Shown piece after piece: positions 36,339 to 48,030 of a DNA stretch of 64,000 nucleotides; the first letter of the stretch is position 1; each line of letters opens with the position of its first letter. Under the pieces are notes generated by a model that searched no databases, was not told the origin of the DNA, and saw nothing but the letters and a program-made list of their open reading frames with translations. The translations under genes were made by a program, and so were the position numbers. Origin of the DNA: Camelus ferus (Eukaryota); NCBI RefSeq assembly GCF_009834535.1, contig NC_045697.1, positions 18,602,001 through 18,666,000 on the forward strand, written 5' to 3'.

Positions 36339-38715
36339 ACTGAGCAATGAGTGAGAGACTTGCTCCATCTTCTCACAGGATAGTAACTGAGGCCTGAATG
36401 TGAACGTGAACTTGTAGAGAGAAGGAGAGAGAAGGCATCCAGGCAGGGTCTCTGGCAGATCTGAAGACCTTGAAGAGAGAGCGTGGAACGTCTTGAGGAC
36501 ATGGGCCAAGCTAGATGAGGTCGGAGAAGTTATGCAGGACCAGATCATGGGGGGCCTGCTGAGCTCTGGGAAAACGTTTGGCCTTAGAGGCAATGGGGGA
36601 TGGCTGAGGATTTGAAACAGGGGAGGGTCATGGCCAGGTGTCCGTTTGAGAAAAATAAGACTTGTGTCTTGTGGAGAATCGATGTGAGAAAGGAAAACTG
36701 GGGCTAGACAGGTCAGTTAAGATGCTCATTGGAAGTCTATCAGAACATAGCAGTGGTTTGGACTAGATGGGTGGCAGACGAATTTTAGCGCAGAAAGGAT
36801 AGAACCACCAAATTTTACTGGACTGCCTCTCCCAACCAGAGATTTGATTAGTCATATTGAGGAAGGCAATATGTAAAGACCATGCCTTATTGTGGTCTGA
36901 TAAAACCATTTAAAAAGGGAGTCGACCTTTATAAATTAATTTTAAAGGCTTGAAGAAGACATTTTTAGAAGGACAGATGAAAGCTTATAATAATCGGTGC
37001 TGAACTCACCCTGAAAATATCCCCTCCTTTTCCATTCAGCTGTGCTCTTTTGTGGCCTTGAAGAGCAATACTGGTGTAATTTGGAGGTTTTAATAGTCTC
37101 TGCATGGAATATGTGGACATGTGGTTGTCACAAGTATTTTCATTCTGGTATTTTTATGGCCTGGGAGATTTCAGCTAGCATCCCCGCGATGAAAGGACCC
37201 GAGCAGACCCTAAAAGCCCAATTATTGTCTCGAGGAAATGGAATGCCCCATAACTCAAAAGGCTGTGAGAAGCAGCTGTCCCAGGATTCAGGGCAGTACC
37301 CCTTCCCCCACTCAGAACCGTGGCGTGGGCCCCCGATTTGAAAGTAGAACATCCTTCCTCTCCTGGCAGTGTTGCTTGCCTTCAGGGTAAAGCCAGAAGT
37401 GGACGGAGAATTTGCCCAGTTGGTAAAAACCACCAAAAATGCTAACCAGGATTTGGTATTTTCACCTAATGCCTCCTACTCTGACACAAACTTCTAAATT
37501 CCCCGCCAACAGCCAGCCTTCTCTGGGACTGGGGCTGTTCTCGAGGTCAGGCTTGGGTTTGGACCATCCATATCTCACAGGAGGGTCTGGTCCGGCTCCA
37601 CAGTTCTGCCCGGGGACAAAGCCTGAGTCTGCGGATCTCTGTCTCACAAGTGCCAGGCATGTAGACATGCTCAGGAAATCCTCGTCACGGAGCAGACCGT
37701 GCTCAAACGTTTTGGAAAGGGGAGAGAATACAACAAAACAGCACAGGGCCTTATCACAACCCAGTAAGATCATCTGCGTGAGGCAGTGTTGCTTTACCAC
37801 CAGACCTGCCCAGGGAAAGAAAAGATGCAAGACCCATTTCAGGGTCTTCCTAGCCCTGCGCAAGCCCAGAGCCCTGTCTGGGACACAGTTTGTTCAAGTG
37901 AGGAGTTGGGTTAGGGGACCCCACGCAACGGCAATCCAGCGCCAGAGCATCCTCCTAGCTGTGGTCTGCGGCCGCGTGCATCCAGACTCTCCGCTGCTGA
38001 CGGGGAAGTAAACGCAGACAGGTTTTCAGTGATGTAACCAAGAGAACCGAGAAGATGGCTCAAACGACAGAAGGGAAAGTCCATCCCAGAACCGTGGCTG
38101 CCTGAGGAAATTCTCCCTGAAGCACCCTGATGGACCTGAGGGCAGGAATGCCTGGTTCTGCTCCCGTCCAGGCCTCTCTCCCCGCAGAAGGTCACCTGAT
38201 CCGAAAAGCACTAAGTTGGAAGCGCTCCTACCAGCATGTGCTAGTGAGCTCAAACACGGCCCCACTCTGGGGCCTAAGTGGCCTGCTGGTTCATAAATGA
38301 CCCTCTGGCCACGCCGTTGCTGCCTGTGGCAGGAGGGCTAACCCCTCAGGGCTGGCCCTTTCCTTGTGTTTCTGCCATAGCCTCTCCCTTTCCCCACTGG
38401 GGTCTTCAGCCCCCTCTCTGCACACAGTAGGCACTCAATACCACCTATTGATTAACCCTTAAAAATAAGCCCTGTCAGGATGCTAAGAGCCTGGGAGAGG
38501 ATGACTGGGGTGGGGTGGGGCAGGGAGGGCATGGAGTCTCCCGGAGCCACGTGGAGCCAGAGCACCGACGAGAAGCAGGCCTCAGCACTGAGGAGAAATT
38601 AACTTGCCTCTCCTGTCCAGAGCCGGCCACCAGAGAGCCTCAGACCCACGGCTGAGGCCAAGGCCGAGCCTGGGCCCCTTTCAGGGCTAACCTCCAACTC
38701 CCAGATTCCAAGCAA

Positions 38716-38907
38716 TTTTTTTTTGTATGTATGTTTTTATTGAAGTATAGTCAGTTTACAGTGTGTCAGTTTATGGTGTACAGCATAGTGCTTCACTCTT
38801 ACATGAACGTACATGTTTTTGTTTTCATATTCTTTTTCACCAGAAGTTCCTACAAGATATTGAATATAGTTCCCTGCACCATAAGCATGAACTTGTTGTT
38901 TATCTAC
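38716..38907 (-). mobile_element. Young L1 3' end
   Basis: Contains tttttattgaagtatagtcagtttacag...tacaagatattgaatatagttccctg. Confidence 0.85.
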
Positions 38908-40609
38908 CCAGACATTTTTTTTAAAATGGAAATGATACTGTTAATGAAGCAAATTTAAAAGAAAAATGAGTCAAGAATAAATAAGGATAGGATTATCTAA
39001 AGTGGAAATTCTGGGTTGGGGGTCAGGCTGAGAAAGGGCTGGCTTTTCAGAAGAGGACCCTCTGGCTACCCTGTTATGTCACCAGTTAGGGGTCTGCCTG
39101 CCCATTCAGCCAGTGAGTCCTGGGAACTTTACTGAGGAAAGCAAGATGACCCAGAGAAGAAGATGTATGTGCTTTCTTGGACAAGAATCCAGGCAGAGCA
39201 CTTGGAAAAAATGCATCAGGACAAAATACTGTCAGCCAAGGAGTCTGTGTTGGTACTGCCTGTTGTCGCTGCGGAAAGAGATGGGCAAGCCCACGGCCAC
39301 GGGCATAGACCGACCAAAGTTCAAGTGCTGGCTGTGCAGCTGACCAGCGGCTCAAAGCCTTCATCTCTAACTTCCCTCCGCTTCAGCTACAAAGGAGCCT
39401 ACGGTTCACCTCGGAAATCCCCAGGAATGAAAAGGGAGCCCATGCCTTCGCATAGCAGGTGTACTGCACACGCTCACACATGTGACTCCCCATAATGCTC
39501 TTAACTACCCGGTAAGGATGAGGTGGGTGAGGTTGCCCTCCGTGTTCTGCAGACAAGGATGCAGAAGGGTTAAGTAACTCGATGAAGGTCACACTGGCTG
39601 GTATTTGGCAGAGTCAGGGTTTAAATCCAGGTGCCCTTCCTCATAGTTTGTGCTCTCAGACACTACACTCCTCATGTGCTCAGTAAATGATGCCTGCAGG
39701 CCTAGGTAATGTGCAGATGAGTTGTTGTTATATCTAATTGAATAGCTGGAGGGTAAGCTTTTATATCCCTCCTGCAAAGGTGTATGTGTGCATTTTAAAC
39801 TTGGAAAGATTCCACCTAATTGCCCCTCAAAAGTCTGTACCAGAAGTCACTCTCAGCAACTATGTTTGAGACCCAGGTTTCCAAGGAACTGAACTATATC
39901 ATTACACTGCTCTAGGAACTTTTTTAAAAATTCAACCTATATTTTATGAGCCCTCACAATGGGCCAGCCACTGTTGCAGGCACTTAGGATATATCAGTGA
40001 ACAAAATCCCCAAATCTCTGCCCTCACCAAGCTTATACGCTGGAGGATTTTGTTTATCTTGTTGTGGCACAGACCTTGAACTCTGGTCCCCGTATTTTCT
40101 ACCTCTCACTGGGTTCCACACATAAAGAATTTAAAACTGAAGGATTCAGATCGAACAACCATTCCCTGAGCTCTGAAGGATCAGGCATCTGTCATGTCCT
40201 CAAAGCCTCTGAGTGCCTGGGAGAGGAGTGTTATTGGTATAAACATACCCATCTTAGAGATGACAGACTGGATCAAAAAGAGTTAAGGTGCTTGTTCCAG
40301 ACGGCTTACCCAGTGATAAGAGGCAGAGCCAGGAGCTGAAATCCCCTGGCCTGAGGTCCGGTGTGGATTTCACTCCACTCCAGCAGTTAGATCACCATGA
40401 GGAAATTCATCTGGGGCTCAAACACATTATTTTGGCCCTTAATCCTACAGCATCTACACATTGTATCATTCATTTGGAACTCAGAATATGTTTGCCTGGA
40501 TCCTTATTTTTGTGTGTGTGTATGTACACATTAGCCTGTAACAAAAGCCAATATTACTAATGCATTAATTTTATTTCTTTCTGAAGTTAGTGTTAAATTT
40601 AGTCATTTG

Positions 40610-41297
40610 TTTTCTTTATTGAAGTATCATTGATTTATAGTATTCTATTAGTTTCAGGCATGCAACACAGTGTGAGTCAATATTTTTATAATTTATACTC
40701 CATTTAAAGTCATTACAAAATAATGGTTATATTTCCCTGTGCTGTAATCTTTGTTGCTTGTTTATTTTATACATAGTCATTTGTATCTCTTAATCCCCTA
40801 CCCTATCTTGCCCCTCCCCCTTCCCTCTCCCCACTGGTAACCACTAGTTTTCTAAACCTGAGTCAGTTTCTGTTTTGCTATATTCATTTGCTTTATTTTT
40901 ATAATCCACATATAAGTGATAACATAGAGTATTTGTCTTTCTCTGTCTGATTTATTTCACTAAGCAAAATACCCTCCAGGTCCATCCACATGGTTGCAAG
41001 TGGCAGAACTTCGTTCTTTTTATGGCTAAGTAATATTCCATTGTACATATATATATGCCACATTTTCTTTATCCATTCATCTGTTGATTAACACTTAGTT
41101 TGCTTCCATATCTTGGCTACTGGTAAATAATGCTGCTATGAACATTGGGATGCATGTATCTTTTCCAATTAGTCTTTTCCTTTTCTTCAGATATGTACCC
41201 AGGAGTGGATCATATGGTAGTTCTATTTTCAGTTTTTTGAGAAACCTCCATATTGTTTCCCATGGGAGCTGCACCATTTTTGGCATTCCCACTAACA
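40610..41297 (-). mobile_element. L1 fragment: ORF2 C-terminus plus 3' UTR
   Basis: The minus ORF gives [19 protein letters not shown]...KDTCIPMFIAALFT, typical of the L1 ORF2p end. 3' UTR motifs continue to tttattgaagta. Confidence 0.92.
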
Positions 41298-41584
41298 ATT
41301 TTCATAATCTTTCCCTGTCCCCTTAGATAGATTCTATGGGGCAAGGATTCTAGTTTTCTGGGTCAGCTTCTAGACTGTTAGTTATCAAGCGGAATGCTGT
41401 TAATGAACCAACAAAAAATAAAGAGGCTGGAAAGGTTAATCTGACTTTCAGAATAAAGACAAGAGGGAGTATGAGAGGAGAGGGACAGTAAAGCCCTCAG
41501 GTTAGATTTCTGGAGAGAATTTTGAGATTTGAAAAGTGAGAGTACAGGGGAGAGAGCATTTTGGAGGGAATGGTATCAAATAGA

Positions 41585-41669
41585 GTAGCTGGTACCTAGT
41601 AGGTTCTCAATAAATGCTTCCTGATTGGATAAGTGAATAAACAATTGAATGAATGAATGAATGAATGAA
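41585..41669 (+). mobile_element. L2 3' terminus with (TGAA)n tail
   Basis: Contains ctggtacctagtaggttctcaataaatgct...tgaatgaatgaatgaa. Confidence 0.75.
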
Positions 41670-43134
41670 GAGCTGTCATGTCAATGGAGGCACTGAAAGT
41701 GGCAGAGACAAGGAGGGGAGTTTTCTAAAGGCTTTAAGGTGCAAAAAACATACAATCCTTGGATGTTTCCTGAAGCAACTGGATAATACTTTCATTCATT
41801 TTCGTTGGTAGATGTGCTTCTTTGAGGGGCTCTCCGGGAGATGGGGGACCACAGGACTCGCTGATGTTATATACGCCATGTGAGTTGCACATGGAGGGAC
41901 AACCATGGGATGGGCTCCATGAGAGATTAAGCACACAGAGATGAAGAACAGACGTCCTCTGACGCTGAGAAGGTCACAGACAGGCAAAGAGAGAGCAATG
42001 TACATCCCACTTTGTCAAGGACTATCACAGGGACAGGAGTAGATGTGTGGACGCTTGGAGATGGGGATGACCAACTTTGCCTAGGACTCTGGGGAGAATC
42101 TTCACAAAGGAGGTTATGTCTGAGAGTGGTCTTGAAAGAGAAGTAGTAGGAGCTTACCTGGTAAGGAAGGCGAGGAAAGACATTCCAGAAAGAGAAGGAG
42201 CAGAGACAGAGAGTCCTAACACACCAAGGCAGAGGCAGGGAAGAGTGAAGATTCAGGGAGGCTGCAGTGAGGGGATGGGAGGCACCAGATCTAAGGGGAA
42301 AGTTGGGCCGAGTGGGAAAGGGCTCTGTGCTCCCAGCTTTGCCCCTAGGAAGCAAAGCCAGCAGGAAGAGACAGAAGCAGAGTTTTCCTTAGGGATATAG
42401 CGTGAGTGGCATCCGAGGACAGATGGGGGCCAGGAGAGACTCAGTGCTGAGAAACTATTTTTAATCCCCCACTTTAGCCCAGAACTTGAGGGCAATCACC
42501 CAAGTTGAAATTCACGCTCGATGACTTACTAACTCTCTGACCTTAGGGCAGTTACTTGATTTCTCTGTGCTTTAGTTTCCTAAATGGGAATAATATTACC
42601 TACCTCACACAGTTGTTATAAGAATTTAATGAACAAATATAAAGAGTCTAGAAGAATCTTTGCCATTCTCAATAGATGTTAACAATTAATATTATTAGTA
42701 TTAATATTGGTTACTTACCTTGAATTGATCTCCATCATTTTCTAACTCAGAGACTACATCTTAGATAACAATTACCACCATCCTGTTCCTTCCCCTTGAT
42801 CTTTCATCCACAGCAGTGAGAATAGAACCTTCTTGATGACAGAATCCAGGTGACATATGGTTCTCTCGAAGCACAGTGTGAGCATGTAGTCATTGCTTAA
42901 TACATGCTTGCTAAATTTATGCCAAGTAGGGAAGTCCAGTTTTCCAGAGACAGTCCAGGAGGGTTGGAGTTAGGCGTCTGGTTACATTGCCAGTGGAACT
43001 CCAACAGTCAAAGGAGTTCCTGTCCCATCCTATCTACCTCTGCTTACCCAGCCCCAAGGAGAGACTTTGAAATCAGAGCTAGGACAAAGAATCCAATAAA
43101 GGGAAGATGTAGTATGCAAGAAACAGTGAGGAGC

Positions 43135-43135
<1 letters not shown>

Positions 43136-43165
<30 letters not shown>
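43136..43165. repeat. Poly(A) run of 30 nt
   Basis: Directly visible, with no attached retroelement body. Confidence 0.9.
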
Positions 43166-43166
<1 letters not shown>

Positions 43167-43449
43167 CAGGAACACAAAGCCTAAACAATTGATGACAATG
43201 GAGTTGTGAGGCTCCGTGTATTAAGATACCACTTGTCCAATATAAGGGATATAAAATTTTAAAAATTCATATCTATCTGGAACCAAAATTTCAACAAAAC
43301 CTGGGTTGGAGGTAGCTGATATGAGGAAAAACAGAGATAAAAACATGCATTGCTTTGTCTAGGAAAGCAGGACAGTTATAGATACTGATTCTTTATTTTG
43401 GTAGAAAAATATAGGCTTATATGTTTGTTAAAAAAAAAAAAACAAAGGC

Positions 43450-43888
43450 AATGAAAAAGCATGGAGAAAACTTAATTGCATATAGCTAAGTGAAAGAAGC
43501 CAGTCTGAAAAGGCTATAGACTGTCTGATTCCAGCTACATGACGTTATGGAAAAGCCAAAACTATAGTGACAGTAAAAAGATCAGCGTTTACCAAGGATC
43601 TGGGGGGCAGGGAGGGATGAGTGGGTGGGATACTGCAATAGTGGATACGTGTCATTAAACATCGGTCAAAACCTACAGAACGTACAACAGCAAGAGGGAA
43701 GCCCAATGTAAACCGTAGACTGTAGTTAATAACAATGTATCAGTGTAGGTTCATCAATTATAACAAATGTAACACACCGATGCAAAATGTTATTAATAGG
43801 AGGAACAGAGGTTGGGGAGAGGATATATGGGAACTCTGCTATTTCCCACCAATGTTTTTGTAAACCTAAAACAGCTGTAAAAAATAAT
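43450..43888 (+). mobile_element. Old L1 (L1MC-like) 3' fragment
   Basis: Contains ctaagtgaaagaagccagtctgaaaaggcta...gttcatcaattataacaaatgtaacacac...gtaaacctaaaac. Confidence 0.85.
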
Positions 43889-44269
43889 CTTACTCCTTTT
43901 TTTAATCAAGGGCAAGCACTAGTAAAATAGAAGTAGGATATATTCAACTGCCATACCATTAAAGGAAGGGAAAAAATTAAAAATTTGGAGCAATACAATG
44001 AGAATAAGTAGTAGGGGAGCAATTAAAGGAGCTAGCCACCAAAATTCTACTATTCTGAAATGGGGAAACTGAGGCTCAGATTGGCTCTGTCTACCCAAGT
44101 GGGGTTAGACAGAACCCAATCTGACCCTTCTAGGGCACTGTGGGCATAGACTTCCTGAAATTGCCTTGAAAAGACTGCCAACATGCTTCTGTCTGCGGTC
44201 AGCTCCATTTATCTAGAATGTATGAGGCACCAAGTGGCCTGGTTAATTTCATATTCTGTTTAAGTGAAG

Positions 44270-44283
44270 GTTGCCATGGATAC
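44270..44283. promoter_or_regulatory. RFX X-box motif
   Basis: GTTGCCATGGATAC is a close match to the X-box consensus and lies in non-repeat sequence. Confidence 0.45.
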
Positions 44284-46694
44284 CATACATAGCCATCCAA
44301 TTTTCTCATAATTAGAATGCATGCAATAAAATTGGTTTAAGGAGAAAACTAGGCCAGACCAAATTTAAATTTATTCAGTGATGAGTCCTTAGTCATGAGG
44401 AAGGCACTCCAGGATCCAGCAGGGCCTCAATGCGTCATTCCAAATGCCACTGCTTTTTCAGGACTGCAGAGACGTAGGGGCTGGGAGAGGTGCATGAATT
44501 CTCAGTGACCATAAGGAAGAGCCCTGGAAGTGGCCCTTTTGCATAAATCCCAGATACTCCGCTGTGTCTGTGTCTCAGGAGAGCAGGGTAGAGAACGTTT
44601 ATGCAGGAACATTAGAAGAATAAAAAAAACTCCTTCATTTGAGTCATCTGATGGCTGCATCCTGCCTGACTGGCAGTCATGTAATTAGATTTGAATCCTT
44701 TCCTGTCTCCTTTGCCATTGCAAAGACCTGGATAATTTCTTAATTGAGTTCAGGACCTCAGTCGTTCCGGCAGGATGGTTAGCTGACTCTGGTGTGAGCA
44801 GCTCCTGCTGCTGAGATCTCAGCTCTCATCCTGGCAATGGCAACTTGGCCAGTTACCCAACAACCACCGAAAATGGAGATGGATGTTACTAAATGGCTCC
44901 CTCATAGGGTCTCTGTGAAGAGTCAGTAAGGAAATCCAAATAACGAGCTTGGCACACAGTAAGCAATAATACGTGTTAGCAATGCTCGTTATTAATATTC
45001 ATCTAGTCCATGGAAAGAGCCCAAGGTGAGACTCTATATTGGGATCTAAGTGACCTTGAATTAATACCATCCTCACCCCGCATGGAGTGGAGTTTTGCAC
45101 TGTCTTATATTCATTTATTCTTTTCCACTTGGAGTTGCTGCTGTTTCAGAACATCTGAAGCAGCAGGCCCAGGGTACACAACCATAGGTCCACTTCATTC
45201 CAAGAACGCTCTCCCAGAATCTGCCGCTTGTGATGTGGAAATCCAGAAATGCACAGCAGCCTTCGCTTTAGTCACGGAGCGTCCGGGTGCTGCTGATAGA
45301 TGTCAGATGTCAGCACTTTTACTCCACGTCTCCCTGCCGACCTATCCCTTCTCTGGCTGCTCTTATGTTCTCCTTCCCCAGGGTCCCAAGAGAATGCTCC
45401 TTAGCATCTCTGCTTTCTGTGTTTCCTGACTGCTACTTGTTTCCAGGCCTCAGCAGCAGTTCTCACTCCTGTGTCGGTCCCACCGTGATGAGCAGGACCC
45501 CAGGATGCTCACGGCTTCCCCGTTCCCGCAGCCAGCATCGCCCCCCTGCCTCCTCTTGGCCATCCACCTTTCATCTGGAAGTTGGGATCTGGACATTGTC
45601 TCGCAGGTACGCTTGTGAAAGCGAATCTGCCACAGGGGGTTAGCCACAGGGGTTTATTTGTTCGAGCTTATTTGCTTTCTGCTTTTCAGAGGCAATCTGG
45701 TTGTAATTTCAGCAGCAGACTCTCAGTTTGGCTACTCTATCCATCCCTCCTTATTTTGCCATTTTCCCCAGTTGCCGCTTTGCAGACTGTCTCTGTTTGG
45801 GTTATTCCTTCTAAAACATACACCCAAACACGCAGTTACACACATGCACACTCCCCACACACGCCCACTCATGGGCATGCTGTCCAGGGTAAGAGTTCTA
45901 GCGAGGTGCCTGTCTAGATTGCACTGCCACAGGGATTTGTCATCAATAGTGATGTTTTGTTCTGATATGCATGATTTATATCCCTCTCCGTCCCCCTTCC
46001 GATTCCTATTTTGTTCCACATTTCGAGTTTCGCAAGGTTCTTTATTCAGGCCTATGTTTTCTGATTTGCATCGTCAAGTCTCTGCAATCCTCCTCTTTTG
46101 AAAACCAGGGGAAGAAAAACAACACCCAAGAACACAACATGTGACTAATCAACGAAATTCTAGGTAAAACTCAAATTTTTACATGAAATTGGACAAAATG
46201 CTAGGAACTCTCCCATCGGGAATAATCTTAAGTTGGCTGGGAGAGAGGCCGTGAGTAATAGGTCTTTTCCCTCTCTCTGGGTCACTATGAATAGCTTGAC
46301 CGGGTAGATGTAGAGCCGCTCCCCTTTCATTCATGTAGAACTTGGCCCCGCAGCGCTGGGCACAGAAACTCCCTGTTACCTTGATATTTTCAGTCCTACA
46401 TCTGAATGGCGCCTTGTTTTGGCCCTGATTTTTTTTTCCCACCTCCATTAACTCAGCTCCACAGGCGGAGTCAGCACTTAATAAAACAATTATTGGCTGA
46501 GGGTGCCAGTCACGGGAGACTTTCGAGCTCTTCTTGGCTTTGTTTTTCTTAAAAGCACCCATGACTGTAGCCAAGCAAATCAGCATATACCCATGGGCTT
46601 CCTTGGGAGAAATCAAAACAAGTTAGGCAGTGGGATGGAGAATCAGGCAGAGCCTAAAAGAAATTTAATAAACTCAGTGCCTTTCTTCTCACTT

Positions 46695-46707
46695 TCTCTC
46701 TCTCTCT

Positions 46708-46738
<31 letters not shown>
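46695..46738. repeat. (CT)n followed by poly(T)
   Basis: Directly visible. Confidence 0.9.
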
Positions 46739-46857
46739 GTGAGGGTGGATGGGATGTTGTCCTGAATGAGGCAGAAAGCCTGCAGGTGTTTGTGGTGGAC
46801 CAATTCACCTCTTCAGTTGAGTTGGGCTGCAGTTGAAACAAAACAAAACAAAGGAAC

Positions 46858-47590
46858 AAAAGGAACCCTCCTTTGCTGTCGATGGGGATGCAAATTGGTG
46901 TGGCCACTATGAAGGACAATCTGGAGGTTCCTTAAAAAACTAAAAATAGACTTATCATATGATCCAGCAGTCCTACTCCTGGGCATATATCTGGAGAAAA
47001 CTCTAATTCAAAAAGATACATGCATTCCAATGTTCATAGCAGCACTATTTACAATAACCAAGTCATGGAAACAATCGAAATGTCCATCAACAGTTGACTG
47101 GATAAAGAAAGATGTGGTGTATATATACATACACAATGAAATACTACTCAGCCATTAAAAAGAATAAAATAATGCTATTTGCAGCAACATAGATGGACCT
47201 GGAGATCATCATACTAAGTGGAGTAAGGGAGAAAGAGAAAGAAAAATATCATATATTTATATGTAGAATCTAAAAAAAATACAAATCTTATTTACAAACC
47301 AAAAATAGATTCATGGACATAGAAAACAAAGCAAAACGGGCAGAGGAGGGATGAATTCGGAGTTTGGGATTAACAGATACACATTACTATATGTAAAATA
47401 GGTAAGCAACAAGGACCTACTGTGTAGCACAAGGAACTATATTCAGTGTTTTACAACAACATATAATGGGAAAGAATCTGAATACACATATATGTATGTG
47501 TATGTATAGCTGAATTGCTTTGCTGTGTACCTGAAAGTCACACAGTAAATCAACTACACTTCAATACAAAACAAAAATTAAAAAAAACCA
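46858..47590 (+). mobile_element. L1 fragment: ORF2 end plus complete 3' UTR
   Basis: Contains aaaggaaccctc...ggaggttccttaaaaaactaaaaatagac...aatgttcatagcagcactatttacaata...gtaaatcaactacacttcaata and an A-rich tail. Confidence 0.92.
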
Positions 47591-47884
47591 AAAAGGTAGC
47601 TGAGGGAAATGAGAGGAACTCCTCTTGAGTGGGTCAGCGTGCTTGGACCTCTAGGGCTGAACCCTGGCACAGTTAAGAAATGGATGAAAAGTTCCATAGT
47701 GGCCCTCTGTTGCCAGGTCTTTTTGCTCCTGTTTGGCCCAGGCTGCCCTGAACTTGGCTACTTAAAGAAACTGCACCCCATCCCCAGGTTTCCTCCTACC
47801 CAGAAGTATTTGCCCCTTTAATTTTTCCATCTTTCTCCACCTCATCAAAACATTTTCCTTACGGGGAGAAAAAAGTAATCAGCA

Positions 47885-48030
47885 AGGGCACCGACTTAGG
47901 TGTAAACAGACCTGGGTTCAAATCCCACCTCTGCCACTTACTAGCTCTGTGTCCTTGAGCAGAGAGATCTCACCACTCTGAGCTTCAGTTTCCCTCCTCT
48001 ACAAAATGTGGATTCATAACAATGCCAATA
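47885..48030 (+). mobile_element. MIR SINE
   Basis: Contains cagacctgggttcaaatcccacctctgccacttactagctctgtgtccttgagca. Confidence 0.9.

Noticed and set aside
37439..38011. 190-aa plus-strand ORF
   Set aside because: No recognisable homology or domain, overlapped by similar antisense ORFs, and consistent with chance in GC-richer DNA.
41095..41298. ORFs with protein-like sequence (also 58455-58664 and 60587-60847)
   Set aside because: They are decayed L1 ORF2p C-terminal remnants, not host genes.
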